From assembly GCA_963726665.1 (NCBI GenBank), contig CAVSDW010000012.1, positions 323,690 to 387,689 on the forward strand: a stretch of 64,000 bases of DNA, read 5' to 3'. Of the stretch, positions 1 through 9,106 are shown piece after piece (position 1 is the stretch's first letter; every line of letters starts with the position of its first letter). The notes under the pieces are model-generated. The model saw only the letters and a list, made by a program, of their open reading frames with translations. It made no database searches and was not told the origin of the DNA. Source of the DNA: an uncultured Gammaproteobacteria bacterium (lineage in GTDB: Bacteria > Pseudomonadota > Gammaproteobacteria > Steroidobacterales > Steroidobacteraceae). Made by a program: the position numbers and the translations under genes.

Positions 1-90
1 GACGAGCGCGCCTGGCTCGTCGGCGTCGCGCAGCGCCACCGCGAGCCGGGCGCCCAGCGCGCGCGTCTCGGTGGCATTCGCAGCCGTCAA
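1..90 (-). CDS. tsaE: tRNA t6A biosynthesis protein TsaE, N-terminal fragment (gene runs off the window start)
   Basis: Reverse translation from TTG at 90 gives LTAANATETRALGARLAVALRDADEPGALV, like the TsaE/YjeE N-terminus ahead of the P-loop. The start overlaps the nnr stop, and nnr-tsaE order is conserved. Only 30 codons are visible. Confidence 0.5.
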   Translation of the reverse strand, partial: MTAANATETRALGARLAVALRDADEPGALV

Positions 91-1578
91 TCGCACGCGG
101 GATTCACGCAGGCGCGGACCTGCCGGAGTACGTCGCTCGCCAGCATCCCGCGCTCACCGGCGCGAGCCGCGAGGTCGCCCGCCTGCGCATGCACGAACAC
201 GCCTGCGCGCGCCGCGAGGCCGAGGTCGTCGCACTGCGCGGCGATGCCCGCGATCACACCCGTGAGCACGTCACCCATGCCGCCGGCCGCCATGCCCGGG
301 TTGCCACGGTCGCAGATCCAGGACGGACCGCCCGGCGACTGCACGATCGTGCCTGCGCCCTTGAGCACCGCGATGCCGCCGTAGCGGGCCTGCAGCTGGC
401 GCGCGGCACCGACGCGATCCGCCTGTACGGCGGCGCCCGCGGTGCCCAGCAGCCGCGCGGCCTCGCCGGGATGTGGCGTCAGCACCCAGCGCTCGCTCAC
501 GCGGGGCGCCACGGCGAGCGCGTTCAGCGCGTCGGCATCGACGACCATGGGCATGCCGCTGCCGAGTGCCGCCTCGAGCATGGCATCGGCCCATGGGCCC
601 TGCCCCAGTCCTGGGCCCACCGCGACGACGGTTGCACGGCCGAGCAATGGCTGGAGCTCGGCGGCCGACGCCGCGCCGGTGCACATCAGCTCGGGCCTCG
701 TGGCGGCGATGCCCACGTTGTCCGGATGCACTGCGAGCGTGACGAGGCCGGCGCCCGCACGCAATGCAGCCTCACCCGCGAGCCGCGCCGCACCCGGCAT
801 TCCGGGCCCGCCGCCGATGACGAGCACGTGCCCGTGGCTGCCCTTGTGCGAGGTGCGCTCGCGCCGCGGCAGTGCGCGCGCGACCGTGTCCTCGCCGATG
901 AGTCGCGCCACGGGAATGATTCCGTCGCTGGCTTCTGCCGGCACGCCGAGGTCGTCCACCAGCACGCGTCCGACTGCGACCGAGGCCCTCGCCGACGTAG
1001 AAGCCGAGCTTGCGGCCGATGAAGCTCACGGTGACATCGGCCCGCACCGCCTCGCCCTGCACCGCACCGGTGTCGGCATGCAGGCCCGAAGGTATGTCCA
1101 CGGCCACGACCGGGCGTCCCGACGCGTTCACGGCGACGATCATCGCCGCGATCTCGCCGCTCACCGGACGCGCGAGGCCGGTGCCGAAGAGCGCATCCAC
1201 GATCACGTCGGCTTCGAGCACCGACGAAGACCAGGGGTCGCAATGACCGCCCCCGGCCGCGAAGTCGTCGTACGCGCGGCGCGCATCGCCGGCGAGCGAC
1301 TGCGGATCGCCGAGCGCGACCACCCTCGCCCCGAGACCACGCGCCCGCGCGAGGCGCGCCACGACGTAACCGTCGCCGCCGTTGTTGCCCGGTCCGCACA
1401 GCACGGCAATGCTTCGCGCCGCGGGCCAGAGCGCGCAGAGCGCGTCGAGCGTCGCGCGGCCCGCACGGGTCATGAGCTCGTACCCCGCGATGCCGAACTC
1501 ATCGATAGCGCGGCGATCGAGGTCGCGAACCTGCGAGGCGGTGTAAATGGCGCCGGCGAGCGCGTGCATGGCAGGCAT
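87..1578 (-). pseudogene. nnr: Bifunctional NAD(P)H-hydrate repair enzyme Nnr (YjeF epimerase + dehydratase), split by one apparent frameshift near 975-990
   Basis: The N-terminal epimerase domain (MPAMHALAGAIYTASQVRDLDRRAIDEFGI...GPGNNGGDGYVVARL...ALFGTGL) is read in ORF 772..1851. The C-terminal dehydratase domain (HKGSHGHVLVIGGG...GPGLG...LTPHPGEAARL...KGAGT...GNPGMAAGGMGDVLTG) is read in ORF 87..965. The two frames join at ...FIGRKLGFYVGEG / ASVAVGRVLVDDLGVP. This may be a true pseudogene or an assembly indel. Confidence 0.75.
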
Positions 1579-2677
1579 TATACTGGCCGCATCACCCGCA
1601 CCGGCGACACGGACCGAATTGAACATCGATCCCGCAGGACTCGCCGCCCGGGTGAAGGCCTGGGGCCGCGAGCTCGGATTCCAGAAAGTCGGCATCGCCG
1701 CGGTCGAATTGCCCGAGGACGAGCGGCACCTGCTCGCCTGGCTGGAAGCCGGACATAACGGCGGCATGGCCTGGATGGCGCGCCACGGCACACGCCGCGC
1801 GCGACCTGCGGAAATCGTCCCGGGCACGCTGCGGGTGATTTCCGCGCGCATGGACTACTGGCCCGGCGGCGTGGATGCCGACACCGTGCTCGCCGACCCG
1901 TCCCTGGCCTACGTCTCTCGCTACGCGCTCGGCCGCGACTACCACAAAGTCGTGCGCGGTCGGCTGGCCCGGCTCGCCGCGCGACTGGCCGAGGCGGCCG
2001 GCGCCGAGGGCTACCGTGCGTTCACGGACAGCGGCCCGGTGCTCGAGAAGGCGCTCGCCCGCGACGCGGGCCTCGGCTGGATCGGCAAGCACACCAACCT
2101 GCTCGACCGCCACGACGGATCATGGTTCTTCCTCGGCGAGGTGTTCACCGATCTTCCCTTGCCGGTCGACGAACCCGTGAGCAGTCATTGCGGGACCTGC
2201 ACCGCCTGCATCGACGTCTGCCCGACACGCGCGATCGTGGCCCCGTACAGGCTCGACGCGCGGCGCTGCATCTCGTATCTCACCATCGAGCACCACGGCC
2301 CGATCCCCGAGGAATTCCGCATCGCGATCGGCAACCGCATCTACGGCTGCGACGACTGCCAGCTGGTCTGCCCCTGGAATCGCTACGCCAGGTCCTCGCC
2401 CGAGCCCGATTTTCAGCCGCGCAACGGCCTCGACGCGCCCAGGCTCACGGAACTGTTCGCCTGGACCGCCGCGGAGTTCGAGGAACGCCTTGCGGGCAGC
2501 CCGATCCGCCGCATCGGGTACGAGCGATGGCTGCGCAACATTGCCATCGCGCTCGGCAATGCACCGCACTCGACTGAAGTGATCGCGGCGCTCGAGCGGC
2601 GACGGGATCACCCGAGCGAGGTCGTGAGCGAAGCCGTGGGGTGGGCGCTCCGGAGGCGGAGAGCGGATAGTGAATAG
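1568..2677 (+). CDS. queG: Epoxyqueuosine reductase QueG
   Basis: 376-aa ORF with ELGFQKVGIA, YALGRDYHKV, GWIGKHTNLL and two 4Fe-4S motifs (CGTCTACIDVCP, CDDCQLVCPWN). It is divergent from nnr as in many proteobacteria. The start is uncertain: ATG at 1547 or 1568, or TTG at 1619. Confidence 0.9.
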   Translation: MAGIILAASPAPATRTELNIDPAGLAARVKAWGRELGFQKVGIAAVELPEDERHLLAWLEAGHNGGMAWMARHGTRRARPAEIVPGTLRVISARMDYWPGGVDADTVLADPSLAYVSRYALGRDYHKVVRGRLARLAARLAEAAGAEGYRAFTDSGPVLEKALARDAGLGWIGKHTNLLDRHDGSWFFLGEVFTDLPLPVDEPVSSHCGTCTACIDVCPTRAIVAPYRLDARRCISYLTIEHHGPIPEEFRIAIGNRIYGCDDCQLVCPWNRYARSSPEPDFQPRNGLDAPRLTELFAWTAAEFEERLAGSPIRRIGYERWLRNIAIALGNAPHSTEVIAALERRRDHPSEVVSEAVGWALRRRRADSE

Positions 2678-2719
2678 CGGTTAGCAGTTAGTGAGCGCGT
2701 CAGCGAGCGAGCCGCCTTC

Positions 2720-3610
2720 TTACGATCCTACCGCTATCACTACCGCTGTCCCCAGGTCCCCCATCGCCCGGCACTGCAGGTTGTCGATCAGCCGTGCACG
2801 GCTCAGTCGCGCGGCCGCGAGCACCACGACGTCCACGTTGCGGCCATGCGGCCGCTCGAGCTTGCCCGCCATGCGGACCTCGAAATAGTCGGGCCAGAAT
2901 CCCGCGTCCCGTAGCGCTTTCATCCCCTCGCGCTCGATGCCGGCGATGTCGGTGTCACCCGTCTCGAGGCTCCTGCGCGCGCGGTCGAGCGCACGATAGA
3001 GCTGCGGTGCGCGAGTTCGCTCCTCCGGCGTCAGGTAACGGTTGCGCGAACTGAGCGCCAGCCCGTCCTCGGCCCGCACCGTCGGTGCGCCGACAATCTT
3101 CACGGGCAGACAGAGATCCTCGACCGAGATGCGGATGATCGTGAGCTGCTGGTAGTCCTTCTCGCCGAAAATCGCGACATCGGGCTGCACGAGATTCAGG
3201 AGCTTGACCACCACCGTGGCCACGCCCTGGAAGTGCCCGGGCCGGAACGCGCCGCAGAGGATGCCCGAGAGTTCCGGCACGTCCACGATCGTGCTGCCGA
3301 TCGAGCCCTTGGGATACATTTCCTCCACGGTCGGGAGGAACAACACGTCCGCGCCGAGTTCCGTGAGCAACGCGGTATCGTCGACCGGCGTGCGCGGGTA
3401 GGCGTTGAAGTCCTCTTTCGGGCCGAACTGCAGCGGATTCACGAACACGCTCGCGACGACGCGGCGCGCGTGGGTGTGCGCGGCACCCACGAGGCTCGCG
3501 TGGCCGGCGTGCAGGTTGCCCATGGTCGGCACGAACGCGATGCTCTCGCGCGCGAGGCGCCACTCACGCACGATGTCGCGCAGGTCTGCGATGCGCGTGA
3601 TGGTCTGCAT
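2720..3610 (-). CDS. panC: Pantoate--beta-alanine ligase PanC
   Basis: MQTITRIADLR...FVPTMGNLHAGHASLV...VASVFVNPLQFGPKEDF..YPR...GHFQGVATVV.KLLN...FGEKDYQQ. ATG at 3610; the upstream part of the listed ORF is spurious. Confidence 0.95.
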   Translation of the reverse strand: MQTITRIADLRDIVREWRLARESIAFVPTMGNLHAGHASLVGAAHTHARRVVASVFVNPLQFGPKEDFNAYPRTPVDDTALLTELGADVLFLPTVEEMYPKGSIGSTIVDVPELSGILCGAFRPGHFQGVATVVVKLLNLVQPDVAIFGEKDYQQLTIIRISVEDLCLPVKIVGAPTVRAEDGLALSSRNRYLTPEERTRAPQLYRALDRARRSLETGDTDIAGIEREGMKALRDAGFWPDYFEVRMAGKLERPHGRNVDVVVLAAARLSRARLIDNLQCRAMGDLGTAVVIAVGS

Positions 3611-3621
3611 CACGGGGGCTG

Positions 3622-4449
3622 CTAGAAGCAGTGCTCCGCGGTCGGGTAGGCGCGCGACTTGACGGCCGCGGCGTACGCCTTGATGCCGGCAAGCGGGCTG
3701 TCGTGGCCGATCATGAAGTTCTGCACGAAGCGCGGCTTGCGCCCCGGCGTGATGTCGAGCACGTCGTAGAGCACCAGGATCTGGCCGTCGGTGTCCGGGC
3801 CCGCGCCGATGCCGATCACCGGCACGTGCAGCTCGGCGGTGATCTCCTTGCCGAGCGGCGCCGGGATGCACTCGAGCAGCACGATGTCGGCACCCGCGTC
3901 CTGCAACGCCTTCGCGTCACGGCGCATCTGGTCGGCAGCCGCTTCCTCTCGCCCCTGCACCCGGAAGCCGCCGGTCTTGTGCACGGACTGCGGCCTGAGC
4001 CCCAGGTGCGCGCAGACCGCGATGTCGTGGCCCGCGAGGAACTCCACGATGGCCACCTGGCTCGCCCCGCCCTCGAGCTTGACCATCTTGGCCCCGCCCT
4101 CCTGCATCAGGCGCATGGCGTTCTTGAGCGCCACCTCGCGGGAGGTGTAGGTCATGAACGGCATGTCGGCCATCAGGAACGGCCGTGACAGTCCCCGGGC
4201 CACCGCGCGGCAATGGTAGATGACGTCGTCGAGCGTCACCGGAACGGTCGTGTCGTGACCCTGGATCACCATGCCGAGGGAGTCGCCCACCAGCACCAGG
4301 TCCACGTCGGCCTCGTCCACGAGCGCGGCGAAGCTCGCGTCGTAGCAGGTGATGCTGGCGATCTTCTCGCCCTCGGCCTTCATGCGCCGGAGCGTCGCAA
4401 CGTTCACCGGTGGGCGGGCCGAACCGCGCAGTTGGAGTTGTGTGTACAT
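3622..4449 (-). CDS. panB: 3-methyl-2-oxobutanoate hydroxymethyltransferase PanB
   Basis: ITCYDASFA...VGDSLGMVIQGHDTT.PVTLDD..YH...V......ADMPF.....KLEGG......GHLGLRPQSV...GG..VQGR. ATG at 4449 is preferred over TTG at 4473. Confidence 0.95.
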   Translation of the reverse strand: MYTQLQLRGSARPPVNVATLRRMKAEGEKIASITCYDASFAALVDEADVDLVLVGDSLGMVIQGHDTTVPVTLDDVIYHCRAVARGLSRPFLMADMPFMTYTSREVALKNAMRLMQEGGAKMVKLEGGASQVAIVEFLAGHDIAVCAHLGLRPQSVHKTGGFRVQGREEAAADQMRRDAKALQDAGADIVLLECIPAPLGKEITAELHVPVIGIGAGPDTDGQILVLYDVLDITPGRKPRFVQNFMIGHDSPLAGIKAYAAAVKSRAYPTAEHCF

Positions 4450-4510
4450 GGAGCGGCCTCGAAAGAGCGGCAAGAATGACGGAGCCGCACCGAAACATCA
4501 ACGCCGGTAT

Positions 4511-5200
4511 CTACAGCAGGCTCTTCATGGGGTTGAAGAAGTGCCGGCCCTTGCGGACCCGGACGATTTCGGCGAGCAGACCCGCGTAATCCTGCTCGCT
4601 GCCGACGTGATCGATGTCGGCAGCGTTCACGGTCAGGACCGGCGCCGCGTCGTACTCGAGGAAGAACCGCGCATAGGACTCCGCGAGCCGCTCGAGGTAG
4701 CGGCGCTCGATCGCCTGCTCGTAGCCGATGCCGCGGCGCGCAATGCGCTCGAGCAGCACGTCCACCGGCGACTGCAGGTACACGACGAGGTCGGGCACCG
4801 GGGCGTCGATCGCGAGGCGCGCGTAGACCTGCTCGTAGAGGCCGAACTCCTCGTCGTCGAGCGTGAGCCGTGCGAAGAGCCGGTCCTTCTCGAGCAGGTA
4901 ATCCGCGACACGCACGCGCTGGAACATGTCCTGCTGCCGCAGGTCCTGCATCTGGCGAGCGCGCTGGAACAGGAAATAGAGCTGCGTCTGGAATGCAGCC
5001 GCGCGCGGGTTGCGGTAGAAGCGCTCGAGGAACGGGTTCTCCTCGCCCTGCTCGAGTACGAGGTCGCTGCCGAAGCTCGCCGCGAGCCGGCGCGCGAGGC
5101 TGGTCTTGCCGACACCGATCGGTCCCTCGACGACCACGAAGCGGTGCGGCGTGCGGACGATCTGCGCTTCCGCCCCGGGCTTCTGCGATACCGGGCTCAT
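4511..5200 (-). CDS. Deoxynucleoside kinase family protein
   Basis: P-loop VVVEGPIGVGKTSLARRLA, then ENPFLERFY and DRLFA motifs typical of the dNK/dCK family. The ATG overlaps the folK stop (ATGA). folK-dNK-panB order is common in proteobacteria. Confidence 0.8.
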   Translation of the reverse strand: MSPVSQKPGAEAQIVRTPHRFVVVEGPIGVGKTSLARRLAASFGSDLVLEQGEENPFLERFYRNPRAAAFQTQLYFLFQRARQMQDLRQQDMFQRVRVADYLLEKDRLFARLTLDDEEFGLYEQVYARLAIDAPVPDLVVYLQSPVDVLLERIARRGIGYEQAIERRYLERLAESYARFFLEYDAAPVLTVNAADIDHVGSEQDYAGLLAEIVRVRKGRHFFNPMKSLL

Positions 5201-5709
5201 GCCGCGATCCGTGCGAGTCCAGCGGCGCGAACCTGGGCCGCGAGGGTGCGAACGCGACCGACGCCCGGCACGACGAGCTCCGCTGCAATCTCGGCGAGCG
5301 GCTCGAGCACGAAAGCGCGCTCGGCGATGCCCGGGTGGGGCACGGTGATTCCCGGCTCGTCCACCCGCGTCTCGCCGTGCACGAGCAGGTCGAGGTCGAT
5401 GCGGCGCGGTCCCCAGCGCACGACGGGACGCGAGCGACCGAGCCGTTCCTCGATCGACTTGAGTTCCGCGAGGAATTCACCGGGTGACAATGTCGTCAAC
5501 AGGCCCGCCACGGCGTTCACGAAATCCGGCTGCGCGACGTGACCCATCGGCGCCGAACGATACGCAGAAGAGCGCGCGACGAGCCGCGAGCCGCGAACCG
5601 AAGCGAGTGCGTCGAATGCACGCGCGAGCTGCAGCTCCGGGTCGTCGAGATTGCTGCCGAGCGCAACGTAGGCCGGGATCCAGGGCGTGTCGTGCACGTC
5701 TGCATCCAC
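5197..5709 (-). CDS. folK: 2-amino-4-hydroxy-6-hydroxymethyldihydropterin pyrophosphokinase FolK
   Basis: AYVALGSNL.DP......A...L.......SS.Y.S.P.G...QPDF.NAV......LSP..LL..L..IE..LGR.R..RWGPR.IDLD.L......PHP. Probable GTG start at 5709 (or 5697), just after the pcnB stop. Confidence 0.9.
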   Translation of the reverse strand: MDADVHDTPWIPAYVALGSNLDDPELQLARAFDALASVRGSRLVARSSAYRSAPMGHVAQPDFVNAVAGLLTTLSPGEFLAELKSIEERLGRSRPVVRWGPRRIDLDLLVHGETRVDEPGITVPHPGIAERAFVLEPLAEIAAELVVPGVGRVRTLAAQVRAAGLARIAA

Positions 5710-5713
5710 GCCG

Positions 5714-7063
5714 TCAGGCAGCGGGGCGACGGGGCCGGCGGGAACGCGATCGGGGAGCCGCTCCGGCGGGCCGGGGCTGCTTCTCGACCTCGGCGATGCG
5801 CCCGGCGGGATCCATCTCCTGCAGGCGCGTCCACCACGCGGCGAGCTCCGGATCGACTTCGCCCGATGCCGCCCGCAGCAGCAGGAAGTCATAGGCCGCG
5901 CGGAAGCGAGGGTGTTCGAGGAAGCGTGCGGCGCGCCGCCCCGCCCGTCGCTCGAAGCGCGGCTGCATCATGATGATGTCCTGCATCGGAAGCGTGAAGC
6001 GCTTCGGCACCGCGATGCGCCGCATCTGGCGCGAAATCACCGCGTCGCAGGCCGCGCCAAGGACGGCGGGGTCGTCCGGCAGCGGCCCGCGCGGCACGCC
6101 CGCCTCGCGCAGGATCGCCGGCCAGAGCAGCACCGCAAACAGGAAAGTCGGCGTAACGGACTTGTCCTCGCGGACGCGGTCGTCGGTGCTGGCAAGACCG
6201 AGTTGCAGGAGGCGCGCGCCCGGCGAATCCGGAGCGTCGTTCACCGCGCGCACCACGTCGGGCATCAGGTGCGACAGGAGCCCGAGGCGCGCGAGCAGGT
6301 TGCAGGACGCGCCCGCCGAGCCGGCGAGCAGCAGTTTCATCGCCTCGTCGAACAATCGCGCCGGCGGGACGCCGTCGAGCAGGTAGGCAAGCGTGTGCAG
6401 CGGCGCTTCCGTCTCGGGATGCAGCGTGAAGCCGAGCTTCGCCGCGAAACGCGCAGCGCGCAGCATGCGCACCGGGTCCTCGCGATAGCGCGTCTCGGGA
6501 TCGCCGATCATGCGCAGGACGCGGGCCCGCGCGTCCGGCACTCCGCCCACGTAGTCCCAGATCGAGTAGTCCTCGATGTTGTAGTAGAGCGCATTGGCGG
6601 TGAAGTCGCGGCGCCACACGTCCTCTTCGATGCTGCCGTAGAGGTTGTCGCGCAGGATGCGTCCGTGCTCATCGAGCACCCGGTGGCCGGTCTCGTCCAC
6701 ACCGTGGTCCTCGTCGATCTCGGTGTGCGCGGCGCGGAAGGTCGCGACCTCGAGGATCTCCGGGCCGAAGCGCACGTGCGCGAGGTGGAAGCGCCGCCCG
6801 ATCAGGCGGCAGTTGCGGAACAGCTTGCGCACCTGCTCGGGGTGGGCGTCGGTCGCGATGTCGAAGTCCTTGGGGCTCAAGCCGAGCAGCATGTCGCGCA
6901 CGGCGCCGCCGACGAGGAAGCCCTGGAACCCGCCCTCGCGCAGGCGATAGAGCACCCGGAGAGCGCCCGGCGAGATGTTTGCGCGCGAAACCGGATGGTC
7001 GGCGCGCGGGACGATGACTGGCGACGGATGGCCGGAAGTGTCTGGGCTGTCGTTAGAAAACAA
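5714..7063 (-). CDS. pcnB: Poly(A) polymerase I PcnB
   Basis: ISPGALRVLYRLREGGFQGFLVGGAVRDMLLGLSPKDFDIATDAHPEQV..LF.N.RLIGRRF.LAHV; RRDFT.NALYY. The 5' end of the listed ORF overlaps tRNA-Glu (the GIRTLVPA signature), so the real start must lie below 7151. TTG at 7063 is the first plausible start. Confidence 0.9.
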   Translation of the reverse strand: MFSNDSPDTSGHPSPVIVPRADHPVSRANISPGALRVLYRLREGGFQGFLVGGAVRDMLLGLSPKDFDIATDAHPEQVRKLFRNCRLIGRRFHLAHVRFGPEILEVATFRAAHTEIDEDHGVDETGHRVLDEHGRILRDNLYGSIEEDVWRRDFTANALYYNIEDYSIWDYVGGVPDARARVLRMIGDPETRYREDPVRMLRAARFAAKLGFTLHPETEAPLHTLAYLLDGVPPARLFDEAMKLLLAGSAGASCNLLARLGLLSHLMPDVVRAVNDAPDSPGARLLQLGLASTDDRVREDKSVTPTFLFAVLLWPAILREAGVPRGPLPDDPAVLGAACDAVISRQMRRIAVPKRFTLPMQDIIMMQPRFERRAGRRAARFLEHPRFRAAYDFLLLRAASGEVDPELAAWWTRLQEMDPAGRIAEVEKQPRPAGAAPRSRSRRPRRPAA

Positions 7064-7150
7064 TTCTTCTGCTTCCGCTGGACCGGCAAAAAGGGCTGCG
7101 TATAATACGCGCGCTCGCGCAGGCTCCGACAGCCTGCCATTTTCGGGCAC

Positions 7151-7226
7151 GCTCCCATCGTCTAGAGGCCCAGGACACAGCCCTCTCAAGGCTGGTACGA
7201 GGGTTCGAATCCCTCTGGGAGCGCCA
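7151..7226 (+). tRNA. tRNA-Glu (anticodon CUC)
   Basis: 76 nt: GCTCCCA acceptor pairing with TGGGAGC, D arm GTCTAGAGGCCCAGGAC, anticodon stem CAGCC/GGCTG with loop CTCTCAA (anticodon CTC), T arm GAGGGTTCGAATCCCTC, discriminator G and encoded CCA. It aligns closely with E. coli tRNA-Glu. Confidence 0.93.
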
Positions 7227-7288
7227 TTCAAATCAAGTGCTTAGTGCCGTCGGGCACGGCCGGTGCGGGTCGCGCCGGTCCGGAAAGA

Positions 7289-7310
7289 CGCGCCCTCCGA
7301 GGAGGGCGCG
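7289..7310 (-). terminator. Rho-independent terminator downstream of the phasin gene (may also stop tRNA-Glu read-through)
   Basis: CGCGCCCTCC-GA-GGAGGGCGCG perfect GC-rich hairpin, followed on the minus strand by TCTTTCC. Confidence 0.6.
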
Positions 7311-7333
7311 ATTCGTTGGGGAACGGTTGCCGG

Positions 7334-7897
7334 TTACATGACCCAGCGGCTGGCCGGCGGAATCTGCTTTGCGACCTTCTTGCGACGACGGACCACCGCC
7401 TTGCGCGCGACCGGCTTCCGGGCGCGCTTCGGCGTCGCGGGCTTGCCCTCGGCGGCCTTCACCACGACCTCATAGGCGTGTGTCGCGACCTCGCGAACGT
7501 CACGGCCGGCATGCTTGAAGATGTCGACCGCACGCGTCGCCTCGTCCACGACGCGCTCACGGGTCGCGCCCAGCATCTCCACCTGGCTGAGGACCAGGTC
7601 CGCGACGCCATCGGCTTCCGTCGCACGCTCGAGACGGGTGGCCGCGCCGGTCAGCGCCGCCGTCACGACCTCGGACTCCAGTTCGATCAGGCTCTGCAGC
7701 GCATTACCCGAAACCGCCGTGAGCTTCACGCCCGAGTGCGCCACCATGCGCACCGGACTCTTCAGCGACTTCAGGCCCTCTGCGGAATCGACAAGGGCCT
7801 TGCGCATGAATCTCACGGGGTCCCTGCGGAACTTCGTGGCCTGGCCAGCCAGGGCCTCGGTCTGCTCATTCATGAATTTCTGAATTTCGACGATCAT
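7334..7897 (-). CDS. Phasin-family (PHA granule-associated) protein with a basic C-terminal tail
   Basis: MIVEIQKFMNEQTEALAGQATKF... is an all-helical, Ala/Glu/Val-rich, phasin-like sequence. The C-terminus KPATPKRARKPVARKAVVRRRKKVAKQ is histone-tail-like. ATG at 7897 has an upstream GAGAAG. Confidence 0.55.
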   Translation of the reverse strand: MIVEIQKFMNEQTEALAGQATKFRRDPVRFMRKALVDSAEGLKSLKSPVRMVAHSGVKLTAVSGNALQSLIELESEVVTAALTGAATRLERATEADGVADLVLSQVEMLGATRERVVDEATRAVDIFKHAGRDVREVATHAYEVVVKAAEGKPATPKRARKPVARKAVVRRRKKVAKQIPPASRWVM

Positions 7898-7932
7898 TTG
7901 GCTTCTCGGTTGATGGCCTGTGTTACAGCGCT

Positions 7933-7947
7933 TGCTGCATTGCAGCA
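7933..7947 (-). promoter_or_regulatory. Palindrome TGCTGCA-T-TGCAGCA upstream of the phasin gene (candidate PhaR-type operator)
   Basis: Perfect 7-bp inverted repeat about 36-50 nt upstream of the phasin ATG. PhaR repressors are reported to bind TGC-rich sites in phasin promoters. Confidence 0.3.
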
Positions 7948-8059
7948 TACCTCTGCCTGCCACTTCGCCACATCAGGGCTTGCCGAGGGCCGTCGGGGCG
8001 CGTGTCGCGCCGCGCAACAGGCATCACCGTGTCCCGGCGCATTCACCCACAGGAAGAAA

Positions 8060-8078
8060 CCCCGGCGCCGGGCCGGGG
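8060..8078 (-). terminator. Rho-independent terminator of the 8110..8475 gene
   Basis: CCCCGGC-GCCGG-GCCGGGG hairpin, followed on the minus strand by TTTCTTCCT, about 30 nt past the stop codon. Confidence 0.6.
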
Positions 8079-8109
8079 CTTCGTGAGCAGCGGTCAGTGC
8101 CCCGCCCTG

Positions 8110-8475
8110 CTAGTACGTGTCGAAACCCGACCGGCTGACGTTGGTGCTGCACGCGACGAAGCGCGTCCACAATTTCGCCGGCGCGGAGTCCGGATTCGCC
8201 AGCGCGTCACGCCAGGAGTCCCACGCCTTGCCGAACGCCGCAGCGTTCGCGGTGCGCCCGACCCAGAAGACGGTGTCGAGACTCGCCCGCTGCACGGGCA
8301 TCAGGATCTCGGCCTTGTAGCCGTTCGTCTTGCCCCACTCGTTGAAGTCCTTGGCAATCGCGACGTAACTCGAGAACGTGCAGCCCTGGTTCAGCTTGAC
8401 CTCGATGACATCGAGGTAGTCCGCCATCGACGTGACGGGCAGCATCAGGACCATTGCGGCGAGAAATCGTTTCAT
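8110..8475 (-). CDS. Small secreted protein of unknown function
   Basis: 121 aa with an N-terminal signal peptide (MKRFLAAMVLMLPVTSMA/DY), a GGGGGA Shine-Dalgarno before the ATG, and its own terminator. No family recognised. Confidence 0.6.
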   Translation of the reverse strand: MKRFLAAMVLMLPVTSMADYLDVIEVKLNQGCTFSSYVAIAKDFNEWGKTNGYKAEILMPVQRASLDTVFWVGRTANAAAFGKAWDSWRDALANPDSAPAKLWTRFVACSTNVSRSGFDTY

Positions 8476-8620
8476 GGCTCATCCCCCTGCGTGTGGTGAC
8501 TCTTATGTGATCCGCACGGCGTTTTGCAACACCATGCGCAGTTGCGATATATACCCCTCGTGTCCCAGCTCCACAAGGCGCCGAGTCGGCGCGTGTCATA
8601 CGATTCGGCAGCAACCCAGA

Positions 8621-9040
8621 ATGAACAAAATGACGTCCAGAATTCTGCTGGCGGCGATGGTCTTTGGCATCGCCTCCTGCAAGCCCGCGCCGGTCGCGCA
8701 GTGGGTCGTGTTCGAAGCGGCGCCTGACGCCACGATCTACGTCGACCCTTCGACCATTCAGAAGGATGGCGACCAGGCCTCGATGTGGGTCCTGATCGAC
8801 TACCAGCAACCGCAACTCGACAAGACTGGCAAGCAAGTCATGTCGGACAAGCTGCACTACCAGTACGATTGCAGCGGCAAGCAGCTCAGCATCGTCGCCA
8901 CCTCGGCCCACGCAGGGCCCATGGCCAGCGGTGAAATCATCAACGTCAATCCCGACCCGCCGCAGCTGACGCCGGTTCCAGCGGGAACCACCGCCGAAAA
9001 GATGTGGCAACACGCCTGCGGAAAAGCGGCCGTCGAGTAA
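8621..9040 (+). CDS. Lipoprotein, possibly surface-adhesin Protein E-like
   Basis: MNKMTSRILLAAMVFGIASC has a lipobox. The mature part (W..F......IYVDPSTI.K.G......VLIDY..P.......SDK....YDC...) resembles Protein-E-like adhesin domains. GC content looks lower than in the neighbours. Confidence 0.6.
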   Translation: MNKMTSRILLAAMVFGIASCKPAPVAQWVVFEAAPDATIYVDPSTIQKDGDQASMWVLIDYQQPQLDKTGKQVMSDKLHYQYDCSGKQLSIVATSAHAGPMASGEIINVNPDPPQLTPVPAGTTAEKMWQHACGKAAVE

Positions 9041-9106
9041 CGCTCACCGCAACGAGGGCGGCGGCCGTCGCAGGCCGTAATCGCCGGCTGCGGGAGGAAG
9101 CAGGCG

